This document shows, in pieces, positions 49,154-59,796 of a stretch of DNA of 64,000 nt. The notes below the pieces were generated by a model. That model saw only the letters and a program-made list of their open reading frames with translations, did not search any database and was not told the DNA's origin. The translations under genes and the position numbers were made by a program. Within the stretch, counting starts at the first letter, position 1, and every line of letters starts with the position of its first letter. The DNA comes from an uncultured Desulfobacter sp. (GTDB lineage: Bacteria > Desulfobacterota > Desulfobacteria > Desulfobacterales > Desulfobacteraceae). The DNA lies in NCBI GenBank assembly GCA_963665095.1, contig OY762069.1:2944001-3008000 (forward strand). The letters run 5' to 3'.

Positions 49154-52100
49154 TCAAGGAGCAGATTGAGAACCCGGTTCTTTTCTCCCTGGACAGCTTT
49201 TTAACGCATGGTCAACCGCCCTGGACAGTTCGCCGGCAATCAACGGTTTCATGAGCAGATCAAACACGCCAGCGGACTGCCACATCTGTTTTGTCAGCCT
49301 GTGGCTGAATCCTGTACACAACAGAATGGGAACTCTGGGATTGATGGATTGAATCCGGCGGGCCAGATCCAGCCCGTTCATCTCAGGCATGGTCATATCA
49401 GTGAGGACCAGATCAAAATAGTCCGGGGCGTTTGCAATTCTTTCCAGGGCCTGCAGACAGTCAGTGGTGCCGGTCACGGAATATCCCAGGTAGGTTAATA
49501 TTCCCTGGTTGCTTTCCACAATGGCCTGTTCATCATCAATAATCAGAATGTTTCCCTTTCCCGGTATGAGATCTGTTTCCTGAGACGTTTCCATCTGACC
49601 GTCCGGCGCAAGCTCCGGTATCAGTATTTTAAAGGTGCTGCCGATGTTTTCCTCACTGTACACAGAAATGCTGCCGCCCATATCCTTCAGGATACCGTAA
49701 ACTGTTGACAAGCCCATTCCCGTTCCCTCTTCCCGTTTTTTTGTGGTAAAAAACGGTTCAAATATCCGGTCAATAATGGCGGGGGGAATGCCCTTGCCGG
49801 TGTCTGAAATGATCAAAGAGAAATAGTTCCCGGGTTGGATATGGTTGAAATGAACCGCGTCTGCCGGATCAATGAAAACCCTGTCCAGGGTCACATCCAG
49901 TTGTCCGCCCTTATCTCTCATGGCATGTCCCGCATTGGTAAAAAGGTTCATCAGGATCTGGTGGATCTGGGTGGCATCACCCAGAATTTTGGCCTGCTTT
50001 ATTTTTAAATCCTGCTGAATCTGGATATTTGAAGGCAGGGACGCCCGGATAAATTTCAGGGTTTCCTTGATGATGGGGTCCATGGATATGGGCTGCATTG
50101 TCACATCAGATTTCCGACTGAAGGTTAGTATATGGCGGACCAGATCCCTTGCCCTCAGGCTGGCCGATGATATTGAATTCAGATAGTTCAGAATGGTATC
50201 ATCGTCGCGGACTTTCATTCTGGCCAGGTCAGTAAACCCCATTAATGCAGAAAGAATGTTGTTGAAATCATGGGCAATGCCTCCTGCCAGCACCCCGATG
50301 GCTTCCATTTTCTGGGTCTGCATAAGCTGGGTCTGCAACTTTTGGCGGTCCGCCTCTATCTTTTTAATCTGTGTGATGTCCTGCACAACAGACAGGATCG
50401 ACAACTCCCCGGACAGATTAATGGGCCTGGCTGAGTAGAGTCCCATGCGGACCTGGCCGTCTTTGCGCTGGAAATGCACCTCCCGGTTCAAAAGGTCCTT
50501 TCCGGCCCTAAGTTCCCTGATGATATCCGCCCGGGAAGTGGGTTCCGCCCAGAAGCGGATACCGTCAGAGGTTTGCCCCACCACCTCGTCTCTTCGCCAG
50601 CCCGTGATCTCTTCAAAGCCTGAGTTCACATCAATCAGTTTGCCGTCTTCCATCCGGGAGATGGCCACAATGGACGGTGCCATTGCAAAGATTTTTGAAA
50701 ATTTTTCCTCTGACTGCCGCAATTGCGCCTCTGCCAGTTTCCGGCTGGTGGCGTCCCGGGCCACCCAGACCACCTGGTCCGGCGGCATGGGTGAGATGCT
50801 GGCTGTAAACCACAGGGACCGGCCGCCAATGTCCAGTTCATAATCCAGACGGACCGATTCATTTTGGGAAATAGCCTGACGGATGGCATCCATAAAGGCG
50901 GCGGTTCTTTCCGGCGGGAAGATATCTGCCAGGGTTTTCCCCAATATCTCATCCGGCGAACGATACAAGAGATCTGTCTGGGTCGGGACCACCTCCACCA
51001 GGCGTCCCTGGATATCAAAAATTAACACCACATCATTCATGGCCCAGAAAACCGACTGCAGTTTTTTACGTTCCAGATCAATGGCTTCCTCGGCAATTTT
51101 ACGCGCGGTGATGTCTCTGAAATCCCAGACCCGGCCGGTTTCCTCCCCGGCAATCACCATTGCAGCGGAGTAACACTCAAACACCCGTCCGTCCCTGAAC
51201 CGGATTTCAAACGTTTCATGGCGCCGGTTGGCATACAGGTCATCAATCAGGGCCATGAACCCGTCCGGATCCTGGAGCTGTTCTTTCACAAATCTGCGCA
51301 GGGCCACATCGTCATCTATTCCGGGAAAATCCTGGGGGATATGCCACATGTTAAAAAACTGACGGTTGGCCTGGGTGATCTTCAAGGCATTATCCACCAC
51401 CAGAATACCGTCGTTGGTGGCATCAAGGGTTGCCCGCAGCCGCTCCATGGTTTCCTGCAAAGCCGCCTCCTTTTCCCTTAACTCAGTGATTTCATAGAGG
51501 CTGACAATGATCATCCGGCTGGAGATGCTGGCATTAAAATGCACTCGCAGGACCTTGCCGTTTTTGCAGGTCACATAGTATTCATGGGCGTTCACCGTGG
51601 TGTTTTCATCAAGGGCGCGCCGGACATCTCTTTCCCAGGCGGTTTTCACCTGCCGCCGGTACTCAGGGTCTCTGTAGGCAAGGGGCCACCAATGATCCAG
51701 ATCCGGTATCTCCTCAAGGGTATAGCCAAAGGTCTGGACCATGGCCTGGTTAATAGCGGAGAACTTTCCTTCCATGGTAAGCAGTACGAGCGGAACAGGC
51801 GCGCTCATAAACAATGCCCGAAACCGTTCTTCACTGGCTTTTAAGGCTTTTTCCGCCTTTTTCCGGTCTGTGTTGTCCAGGACAATGGAAAGGATTTGCT
51901 TTCGCCCCGCACACTCCATCAGGGTGGACGAAAAAACCAGGTGACGGCGGCTGCCGTCTTTTCGAAGACTTTGAGCTTCGTAACTGCTAATTTTCCCTGT
52001 TTTCCCCAACTGTTCCATCAAACGATCGGATTCTTCCCTGTCCATGGTTGCCAACCCGGTGCTTGGCAACCGGTACAGTTCTTCAATACCTTTTATCCCG

Positions 52101-53650
52101 GAGTTGATGTAAAATGCCGGATTGGCATCCAGAATCCGGCCGGATTCAAAATCATTAATGACAATGGCGTAAGGGGCATTATCAAATATCGCCCGGAATT
52201 TGGCCTCGCTGTGCGCCATCTCTTCCTGGGCAGTTTTTATGGTCTGAATGTTGACATCAAGCCCGATAATACGGGACACGCTGCCCGTGTCGTTCCAGGC
52301 GACAGCCCGGCCCTTGGACAGAACCCAGACCCATGTTCCGTCCGCCTTTTTCAGCCTGAACTCGATTTCGTGAAATGCCTGGCCGTCACTGAGGGTGTAC
52401 GCTTCAAATTTTCTGCTGATCAAGGGAAAATCTTCAGGATGAATAAACTGTTTGATGCCGCCGTAGGACATTTTTTCACCATCCCGATCATAACCCAGCA
52501 TACCGAACCACTGCCGGCTGAAAAAAATCGCCCGCTCCGCCGGCATGGAATCCCATAAACCCGCCTGGGTCACCTCCATTGCCAGCTGCATGAATTCCAT
52601 CTGCTCTGCGATTTGCATACGGGCGGACTCCAGGCTGATTATTTTCTCCCTGAGCCGTCGTCTCAGCATGTAGCTGATGACCAGCAGACCTGAAATCAGC
52701 AACACCATGAATAAGCCGACCACCGCCATGCGATGCACCGTCTCATGCGACCACTTAGGGCTGATATCGGGAGAAATCCATTGGTTTCGGGCCGCTTCAA
52801 CTAATGGCACAGGAACGGCAGCCAATGCCTTTGTCATGGCACTGACCAGCAGCGGATACTGGCGGCTGACCCCGATACACCAGGAGAAGCGGTAGGGAGT
52901 ATCGCCGGCCACTTTTAAATTGGGAATACCCTCCTTCTGGATGTAATAGGCCGCCACGGCCAGATTTTCCACATAAGCGTCCACCTGACCGAAAGAGGTG
53001 GCACGCAGGGCCCGGGCCACATCCGGCATGGGTATCAGATCAAATTGTGTCTCTTTTACATTTCTGAGATACTCTTCCGTGGCATACCCTGACACAACAG
53101 CCACACGTAAGCCGTCAATATCCGATAAGGTCAGGGTGCCCTGCATGGCGGTGGCGGTAATAATGACAACGGGAGATGATGCATAGGGCGGCGTAAAGCC
53201 GGCATATTGTTGCCGTTCAGCCGTGTCCACAATGGTTGGTGCCACCGCACACACACCGCTTTTCAGGGCGGAAAGATGCTGGTTCCAGTCATTTGAGGCC
53301 TGTTTAATAAAAGTTGCGCCCAGCTGTTCTTCAATGAGCCCAATGATGTCTGCTCCCATGCCGATAAACGCGCCTGATTCCGAGGCAAATTCCATGGGCG
53401 GAAAGTCCGTGTTATACCAGAGAACCAGTTTGTCCGGATTCTGTTTGATCCAGTTTTTTTCCTCATCAGTCAGGAGGAGAGCGATGCTGGTTCCCGGTAG
53501 AAACAGAATAAGAGATATCATTGTCAGAACAAAGCATAACAGGATAGATATCAGCTGATGAGGCATTCTGACCCGGTCAGTTCCCATCCGGGAAATGCCT
53601 GCTGCAGCGGCCTGCTGGCTGTGCTTCCCCATACCAGTTCGACTTTGCAT
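49154..53650 (-). CDS. Hybrid sensor kinase: solute-binding domain, TM, six PAS domains, HisKA-HATPase, REC
   Basis: DFPPMEF solute-binding unit, six PAS starts, AHDFNNIL, FFTTK..GTGMGL, TDMTMPEMNG; RBS GGAGGAG. Confidence 0.92.
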   Translation of the reverse strand: MQSRTGMGKHSQQAAAAGISRMGTDRVRMPHQLISILLCFVLTMISLILFLPGTSIALLLTDEEKNWIKQNPDKLVLWYNTDFPPMEFASESGAFIGMGADIIGLIEEQLGATFIKQASNDWNQHLSALKSGVCAVAPTIVDTAERQQYAGFTPPYASSPVVIITATAMQGTLTLSDIDGLRVAVVSGYATEEYLRNVKETQFDLIPMPDVARALRATSFGQVDAYVENLAVAAYYIQKEGIPNLKVAGDTPYRFSWCIGVSRQYPLLVSAMTKALAAVPVPLVEAARNQWISPDISPKWSHETVHRMAVVGLFMVLLISGLLVISYMLRRRLREKIISLESARMQIAEQMEFMQLAMEVTQAGLWDSMPAERAIFFSRQWFGMLGYDRDGEKMSYGGIKQFIHPEDFPLISRKFEAYTLSDGQAFHEIEFRLKKADGTWVWVLSKGRAVAWNDTGSVSRIIGLDVNIQTIKTAQEEMAHSEAKFRAIFDNAPYAIVINDFESGRILDANPAFYINSGIKGIEELYRLPSTGLATMDREESDRLMEQLGKTGKISSYEAQSLRKDGSRRHLVFSSTLMECAGRKQILSIVLDNTDRKKAEKALKASEERFRALFMSAPVPLVLLTMEGKFSAINQAMVQTFGYTLEEIPDLDHWWPLAYRDPEYRRQVKTAWERDVRRALDENTTVNAHEYYVTCKNGKVLRVHFNASISSRMIIVSLYEITELREKEAALQETMERLRATLDATNDGILVVDNALKITQANRQFFNMWHIPQDFPGIDDDVALRRFVKEQLQDPDGFMALIDDLYANRRHETFEIRFRDGRVFECYSAAMVIAGEETGRVWDFRDITARKIAEEAIDLERKKLQSVFWAMNDVVLIFDIQGRLVEVVPTQTDLLYRSPDEILGKTLADIFPPERTAAFMDAIRQAISQNESVRLDYELDIGGRSLWFTASISPMPPDQVVWVARDATSRKLAEAQLRQSEEKFSKIFAMAPSIVAISRMEDGKLIDVNSGFEEITGWRRDEVVGQTSDGIRFWAEPTSRADIIRELRAGKDLLNREVHFQRKDGQVRMGLYSARPINLSGELSILSVVQDITQIKKIEADRQKLQTQLMQTQKMEAIGVLAGGIAHDFNNILSALMGFTDLARMKVRDDDTILNYLNSISSASLRARDLVRHILTFSRKSDVTMQPISMDPIIKETLKFIRASLPSNIQIQQDLKIKQAKILGDATQIHQILMNLFTNAGHAMRDKGGQLDVTLDRVFIDPADAVHFNHIQPGNYFSLIISDTGKGIPPAIIDRIFEPFFTTKKREEGTGMGLSTVYGILKDMGGSISVYSEENIGSTFKILIPELAPDGQMETSQETDLIPGKGNILIIDDEQAIVESNQGILTYLGYSVTGTTDCLQALERIANAPDYFDLVLTDMTMPEMNGLDLARRIQSINPRVPILLCTGFSHRLTKQMWQSAGVFDLLMKPLIAGELSRAVDHALKSCPGRKEPGSQSAP

Positions 53651-53877
53651 CGCTCTCCTCCCTGCATTTTTTATAGATTTTTAAACTATATCAGAGGCAA
53701 AACAATATATCGCAAAATATTTCTACCGCACGACAGTATGGAGGGTAACCGTTCTTGGGCCGGCTGCCACCTCTAACACGTTGCTAACACTTTAATGACC
53801 TGTCAAAAACAATTTTCTGATCTACTATAAATTTTAACTAATGTAAGCACAACTTTTATGACAGGAGATCCAAAACA

Positions 53878-54612
53878 ATGAAAACCATAAACAACAGACA
53901 GCAGATTTTAAAACCGTGGGCACTGGCACTGGCCGTTTTGTCGGGACTCTTTTACGCCGGCAGTTATTCCTGGGCCGCTGTAACACTTAAGCTGCCTAAA
54001 AATATTTACATTCTGGCGGCAAATGGCAAAAATTTGAAGAGCCACAATACCGCTGATTTGCCGAACGGCATCAATCAGATTGTGATTCAGTATCAAGGGG
54101 AACCCGGTGCAAAACTGTCCAGTGACGGGGATGTTGAATACTCAGACACCTTTGTGGTTAAATTCACCGCAGAAAACCAGGAATTGGAAATGATCATTCC
54201 CTGGATCAGAACCGTCGGTAACCTTGAAGAATGGAATAAAACTCCTTATATCGAGATTGAAACCTCTGCCGGAGATGACATTGACATTCAGGTATCAAGA
54301 CTGCAGAAAACCGGACTTCAGGTGTTTCGAAACTATGCCCAGGAGTTAGCGGCCTTTAACCACACCAGTGCACCTGCCTCCCTGGACCACTCTTCTTCCG
54401 GTGCATTTTCCATGAATGCCGATGTTTCCGGGAACCAGCCGGCACCTCTGGCCGAAACAAAGCCGGTCCCGCCGACAGCGGCAGGGGCACACAAGACCGC
54501 CCAACAACCGGCACCCCAGAGCAACATGGTTGAAGACATGTTAAAATACTGGTACCAGCAGGCCGACGAACAAACCCGTCAAAAATTTAAAACCTGGATT
54601 CACTGTCAATAG
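53878..54612 (+). CDS. Exported DUF2057/YccT-like protein
   Basis: Signal peptide, LPNGINQIV, C-terminal MLKYWYQQADEQTRQKFKTW. Confidence 0.75.
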   Translation: MKTINNRQQILKPWALALAVLSGLFYAGSYSWAAVTLKLPKNIYILAANGKNLKSHNTADLPNGINQIVIQYQGEPGAKLSSDGDVEYSDTFVVKFTAENQELEMIIPWIRTVGNLEEWNKTPYIEIETSAGDDIDIQVSRLQKTGLQVFRNYAQELAAFNHTSAPASLDHSSSGAFSMNADVSGNQPAPLAETKPVPPTAAGAHKTAQQPAPQSNMVEDMLKYWYQQADEQTRQKFKTWIHCQ

Positions 54613-54629
54613 AAACAGGCCGGAACGAT

Positions 54630-54659
54630 AAAAAAAGGGGCGCCCCAAAGGACGCCCCT
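54630..54659 (-). terminator. Intrinsic terminator of the porin gene
   Basis: Minus strand AGGGGCGTCC-tttg-GGGCGCCCCT followed by a T run. Confidence 0.8.
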
Positions 54660-54685
54660 CACAATACTGTCGGACAGGCTGATAA

Positions 54686-55651
54686 TTAGAATTTCAAGCG
54701 CATACCTGCCAGGTAACCGATATCTTCACCTTCTCCATCGGAGTCACCGATCTCGGCAAAAAGGCTTACCTTCTTGGCAGTCGGGAACTTATAAGTCACA
54801 TTGGCATACCAGCCGGCTTCATCTTCATGGGCATCTTCTTTATAATCCAGATTCACGTACCCGGCAACGATCTCCACTGCATCCAGCGGTACGGTCACGC
54901 AGATGTTCCAGATGCTGGCTTCATCATCTTTATTGTCAGCATCATACACACTGTAATCAGCGCCAACTGCAACCACCTTGGCATCATAAGACACCTGGAC
55001 ACCGTAAGCACTCTCATCAATGTCTGAGCCGGCTGCTTCAAAATTCTGATACCCAATACCAAAAGACAGACCTTTAATATCAGCAGTCACCAGAATGTCA
55101 TAGAAGGTGCCGTTGCCGTCACTTTTTTCGCTCTCTGCTTCGATTTCGTAGGCAGCAGCGATATTAACGAACTCACCTATTTTGGCGGAAATTGCTACTA
55201 GGTCATCGCCGTCAACATTGGCGAACTCATCAAAACAGTCATCTGCGATGACGGTTTCATAGGTACCGGCCACACCAAAGTCATCGTTGGGGCTGCTGGT
55301 TTTACCCATATACACCTTAACACTGGAAATTTTCATGCCCAGATAGGCTTCTTCCAGATGGGGATTGGCATCACTGTCAGGTTTGTCTGCAGCATTTTTA
55401 AATCCAAAATCCAAGTGACCAAACGCGGTCAATGTGTCATTAATCTTGTATTCCGCATAGTTCTTGATTTCCAGGTCGTCATACTCAAGATCCAGGTCCT
55501 CATCTTCGCCAATCTCTTTGCGGAACTGAATCTGCCAATCACCGCTGATTTTGTACGTAAAATTGTCTTTTTTTACTACACTTGCCCCCATGGCAGGGCC
55601 ACCCACTGCCAGAAACATCGGAATCAGCAGGCCAACTAAAAGTTTTTTCAT
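54686..55651 (-). CDS. Outer-membrane porin
   Basis: Signal peptide, alternating beta-strand pattern, EEAYLG, terminal YLAGMRLKF. Confidence 0.85.
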   Translation of the reverse strand: MKKLLVGLLIPMFLAVGGPAMGASVVKKDNFTYKISGDWQIQFRKEIGEDEDLDLEYDDLEIKNYAEYKINDTLTAFGHLDFGFKNAADKPDSDANPHLEEAYLGMKISSVKVYMGKTSSPNDDFGVAGTYETVIADDCFDEFANVDGDDLVAISAKIGEFVNIAAAYEIEAESEKSDGNGTFYDILVTADIKGLSFGIGYQNFEAAGSDIDESAYGVQVSYDAKVVAVGADYSVYDADNKDDEASIWNICVTVPLDAVEIVAGYVNLDYKEDAHEDEAGWYANVTYKFPTAKKVSLFAEIGDSDGEGEDIGYLAGMRLKF

Positions 55652-56035
55652 CTTTCCTCCAAATCGTGATCCATTCAGCGCACCTTTTTATCTTCATAGT
55701 CAGACAAATTTTTTGTGCACCATCAATTAAAATAGACCTGCCACACCGGCAGGGTTAAAAATTGTGTACCTAACTGGCACAGCTTCTTTTAATCAGATTG
55801 ATATTTGAATAGCGTTAGCTAATTTTGGGGATTTAATTAGACCTTGATTAGGAAATTAATGACATGCAGGAAACCTTTTCAGACAAGCCTTTTTACGCGT
55901 GAGGCAAGGCCGTTTCAAAACCAGCCATGCAGCCAAACAAAACTACCGCATAACGCTCACAAAACAGTAACAACGCCATGATATCAGATGGCACTTCAGG
56001 CGTTATTTAAATCAACTAATGAACAGAGGTAAGTT

Positions 56036-57604
56036 ATGCAAAAAAAAACTGGTTTATTTACAAAAGTACTTGCACCTGCCCTGCTGATTCTGGGCGCAGT
56101 GTTACCGATCGAAGCATCACAGGGCCTGTCTCTGCAGCAGACCGGCTGGTTTGACAGCGGCAGCCGCGGAGAGGAAGGGGTTCTTGAAATCGGGGAGTAT
56201 GACCCTGCCGGCAAACAGCTTTTTGTCACAAGCGGGGACGGGCACTTGTGGGTTCTTGATATTTCCAATCCTGTTAAAACAAAGCTTGCAAAAAAAATCC
56301 CGTTGAATACATGGGGAAAAGGTGCCACCAGTGTGTCAATCAGCAATGGCATTGTGGCGGTTGCAGTGGAAGCGGACAACAAACAGGCCCCGGGCAGTAT
56401 TGTTTTCTTCGACAACCAGGGCAATGATATTGCAGCACTTAAGGTGGGTGCGCTTCCGGATATGGTCATTTTCAGTCATGACGGCAAAACCGTCATGGCC
56501 GCCTGTGAGGGAGAGCCTTCAGATGATTATACGGTTGACCCGGAAGGTCAGGTGGCCATTATTGATCTGTCAAAAGGGGTCAGGTCCGTTACCCAGAACG
56601 ATGTGACCATGCTTGATTTCAAAAAGTTCAACAAAAACATGCCCCAAAATGTAAAAATCTCTCCTAAAGCAGCGTCTGCATCACAGGATATAGAACCGGA
56701 ATATATCGCCATTACACCGGATGACAAAACAGCTTTTATCAGCCTTCAGGAAAACAACGCCTTTGCCATTGTTGACCTGGCCAAAAAAGAGATAAAAACT
56801 ATTGTTCCCTTGGGGTTCAAGGATCACAGCCAGCCAGGGAACGCCCTGGATGCATCCAACAAAGATAAAAAGATCAACATCAGAAACTGGCCGGTTTTCG
56901 GCATGTATATGCCCGATGCGATTAAAGCGGCCACCATTGGCGGTCACAATTACATTATCAGTGCCAATGAAGGCGACTCCCGGGACTATGACGGATACAG
57001 CGAAGAGTCCCGTGTAAAGAAACTAAAACTTTCTCCCCAGTCTTTTCCCAATGCCGATGACCTGCAAAAAGAGGAAAACCTCGGGCGTCTGAAAATTACC
57101 AAAGAGCTGGGGGATGCCGACGGTGACGGCCAGTATGAAAAGCTGTTCTGCTATGGTGCCCGCTCTTTCAGCATCTGGGACGACACGGGAAAACTTGTGT
57201 ATGACAGCGGTGATGACTTTGAAAAAATCACAGCGGCCAAGTACCCGCTCTTTTTCAACACCACTGAAGATGAGACAAAATTTGACGACAGGAGTGATGA
57301 CAAAGGCCCTGAACCAGAGGGTGTGGCCATAGGCAAAATTGATTCAAAGACCTATGCGTTTATCTGCCTTGAGCGTATGGGCGGGGTAATGGTGTATGAT
57401 ATTTCCAACCCTGAAAAACCGCAGTTTGTCACATATGAAAATAACCGCAACTTCTTTGGCGACTATAAAAACGGCACTGCCCTTGATTTCAGCCCCGAGG
57501 GAATCGTTTTTATCCAGGCAGATGAAAGCCCCACCGGCAAGCCCATGCTCGCCCTTATCCATGAGATGAGCGGCACGGTCTCACTGTACAATATTATTCA
57601 CTGA
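56036..57604 (+). CDS. Exported choice-of-anchor I / alkaline-phosphatase-associated beta-propeller protein
   Basis: VGALPDM, EGEPSDDYTVDPEG, EPEYI, LQENNA, ANEGDSRDY, DDRSDDKGPEPEG, LERMGG. Confidence 0.8.
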   Translation: MQKKTGLFTKVLAPALLILGAVLPIEASQGLSLQQTGWFDSGSRGEEGVLEIGEYDPAGKQLFVTSGDGHLWVLDISNPVKTKLAKKIPLNTWGKGATSVSISNGIVAVAVEADNKQAPGSIVFFDNQGNDIAALKVGALPDMVIFSHDGKTVMAACEGEPSDDYTVDPEGQVAIIDLSKGVRSVTQNDVTMLDFKKFNKNMPQNVKISPKAASASQDIEPEYIAITPDDKTAFISLQENNAFAIVDLAKKEIKTIVPLGFKDHSQPGNALDASNKDKKINIRNWPVFGMYMPDAIKAATIGGHNYIISANEGDSRDYDGYSEESRVKKLKLSPQSFPNADDLQKEENLGRLKITKELGDADGDGQYEKLFCYGARSFSIWDDTGKLVYDSGDDFEKITAAKYPLFFNTTEDETKFDDRSDDKGPEPEGVAIGKIDSKTYAFICLERMGGVMVYDISNPEKPQFVTYENNRNFFGDYKNGTALDFSPEGIVFIQADESPTGKPMLALIHEMSGTVSLYNIIH

Positions 57605-57626
57605 TAATTATTATTCACTGATAATT
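57593..57626. repeat. 17-bp tandem duplication over the stop codon
   Basis: ATTATTCACTGATAATT x2. Confidence 0.9.
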
Positions 57627-57647
57627 AAAATATCGCCGAAATCCTGT

Positions 57648-57680
57648 AAAAGGCTGTCCAGATAATCCGGGCAGCCTTTT
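57648..57680 (+). terminator. Intrinsic terminator
   Basis: AAAAGGCTGTCC...GGGCAGCCTTTT. Confidence 0.7.
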
Positions 57681-57837
57681 CGGTTTTCCGGCGGGCGGAA
57701 AACAGCTGTCCCAATCCGTTTGCAATGTTGCCAAAAGCCGCTGGAAGACGTACATTTGAGTGGTGTTGTATTTTCTCTTTTTTCAGCCTTTCACTGTGTT
57801 ATATTGGATTAATATCTGTTTTAACAAGGAGAGTTCA

Positions 57838-58626
57838 ATGGAAAAAAGCCATACCAATCCCTATGCGGCCCTGGATCAACCCCTGGTGTTACAGTTTCTG
57901 TTTCATCCCCGGCGGGATTATCCCGGAAATACGGTCTCAGGCCGGGAACACCTCATTCCGGTGGATCAGGATATTGATGTGGGAGCGGCCTTTCACCTTG
58001 CAGATCCGTCATATCCCAACATTCTTTTCTTCCACGGCAATGGGGAAATCGTATCTGATTATGATGACCTAGGTCCCATTTTCAACCGCATAGGATTCAA
58101 CTTTATTGTGGCAGACTTTCGGGGATACGGCAGGTCCTCAGGCTCGCCTTCGGTCTCTTCAATGCTGACGGACTGCCATACCATTCTCGATTATGTGGTC
58201 AGCGAGCTTGAAAACCGCAAATTTACAGGCAGCCTGGCAGTTATGGGCCGTTCCCTCGGCAGTGCGTCGGCCATGGAACTGGCAGCCAGCCGCCAGGATA
58301 AAATTGACCGCCTTGTCATTGAGAGCGGTTTTGCCCATGCCGCCCCATTGTTACACACCCTTGGGCTGGATCCTGAGATGATTGGTTTTAATGAATCCCA
58401 GGGGTTTGGCAATGCCGATAAAATCAAAAAATGGCACAAGCCTCTCCTGGTTATCCATGCCCAGTTTGACCATATTATTGACTATTCCCAGGGTGAAACG
58501 CTCTTTGAACTGTGCCCCTGTGACGACAAACACCTTGAAATGATCCCTGATGCCAATCACAACGACCTTTTTATCAAGGGCTTTGATCGGTACATGAACA
58601 GCCTGAAAAATTTTCTTGCGCGCTGA
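57838..58626 (+). CDS. Alpha/beta hydrolase
   Basis: FFHGNGE, DFRGYG, GRSLGS, HAQFD, ANHND; ATG 57838 with AAGGAG RBS. Confidence 0.9.
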   Translation: MEKSHTNPYAALDQPLVLQFLFHPRRDYPGNTVSGREHLIPVDQDIDVGAAFHLADPSYPNILFFHGNGEIVSDYDDLGPIFNRIGFNFIVADFRGYGRSSGSPSVSSMLTDCHTILDYVVSELENRKFTGSLAVMGRSLGSASAMELAASRQDKIDRLVIESGFAHAAPLLHTLGLDPEMIGFNESQGFGNADKIKKWHKPLLVIHAQFDHIIDYSQGETLFELCPCDDKHLEMIPDANHNDLFIKGFDRYMNSLKNFLAR

Positions 58627-58674
58627 GATTGACAGGGAAAGCTCTTTTGCCCTGCTCACAGTTTGAGAGACACC

Positions 58675-59796
58675 ATGCCCCGATTTTTTAACCGATTTTA
58701 TATTAAATTCATACGCCCCACAGATCCCGGGCTGTTCATTACAAAATACGCGGCCAAAGCCACGGTATGCTGCCTGGCCTCCCTGATGACAGCACTCATC
58801 ATAGGCCTGCGCAGCCATGATCTTCTATGGTGGCTGATCGGCGCGTTCTGCACTGTGATGTTCCGCACCGGCAGTACCTTCAGGCGGCGGAAAATGTACG
58901 GGTTGATCCTGCTGGGTACGGTCTGCCTTACTGTTCCCCTGGCTGCAGTTATTGGCAGCCATACCTGGGCCGGCTTAGGGTTTATTTTTTTCCTATCCTT
59001 TGCCTGCTTCTTTGTTTCGGCCCTGGGCGTCTCCGCCTCCATCATCGGTGTGGGATGCCTTGTGGTTACCATGATTTCCGTGTTTGCACCGGCAGATCCG
59101 ATTTCAGGGTTCATTCGGTCAGCCTGTTTGATGGGCGGAGGGCTTGTCTCCTTTTTTATCAACTTTTACCTGTGGCCCTTTGACCCGGAAAAGGTGCTTT
59201 TATCCGCGGCCAGGCTGTCGGTTGAAGATATGGGGATATTTTTTGACGGCCTTTGTGCCCGGATCAAAAATCCCAGGGTCACGGATGCAGCCCTGGCGTA
59301 CCTGAGCTCTGAAGCCGGCGCCTCTGTACGCCGGTACCGGATTTTCATGGAAAGCTTCAACGTGGATCCGTTAAAGGGCAGCCAGGCCAAAGGAGGCCCG
59401 GGGCTTTACTACTTCTCCCTGATCCGGCTGTTTGAATCCCTGGTGGGACTGTTTCACCACATCCACTTCTGCGATGACAAGCCGGAATTTAATGAACTCA
59501 AAGAGACCTTCTATGCCGCGTCATCCGGGATTGGCCAGGCGTTTGACAGCTTTACCGAAATGAAAGCCAACGTCTATGAGAAACCCGATTTTGAGCCCAT
59601 CCTTGCAGGCGTTGAAGAGATCCAGACCGTTCTTGTGGAGATGAAAGGCTACCAGCAGGGGGATGATGTGCAGAATAAATTTCTGGAGGCCTGGGGCGCG
59701 CTCTATGAACTGAAAAACGTGGTGCGCGAGCTTCAGAACATGATGAACCTGGCAGACCAGCGTTTCAGACTTAAGGGGGCCGTTAATGGAGAATAA
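58675..59796 (+). CDS. FUSC/YccS-like membrane protein (N-terminal-half type)
   Basis: DPGL..., five to six TM segments ending LWP, then a helical cytoplasmic region. Confidence 0.65.
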   Translation: MPRFFNRFYIKFIRPTDPGLFITKYAAKATVCCLASLMTALIIGLRSHDLLWWLIGAFCTVMFRTGSTFRRRKMYGLILLGTVCLTVPLAAVIGSHTWAGLGFIFFLSFACFFVSALGVSASIIGVGCLVVTMISVFAPADPISGFIRSACLMGGGLVSFFINFYLWPFDPEKVLLSAARLSVEDMGIFFDGLCARIKNPRVTDAALAYLSSEAGASVRRYRIFMESFNVDPLKGSQAKGGPGLYYFSLIRLFESLVGLFHHIHFCDDKPEFNELKETFYAASSGIGQAFDSFTEMKANVYEKPDFEPILAGVEEIQTVLVEMKGYQQGDDVQNKFLEAWGALYELKNVVRELQNMMNLADQRFRLKGAVNGE

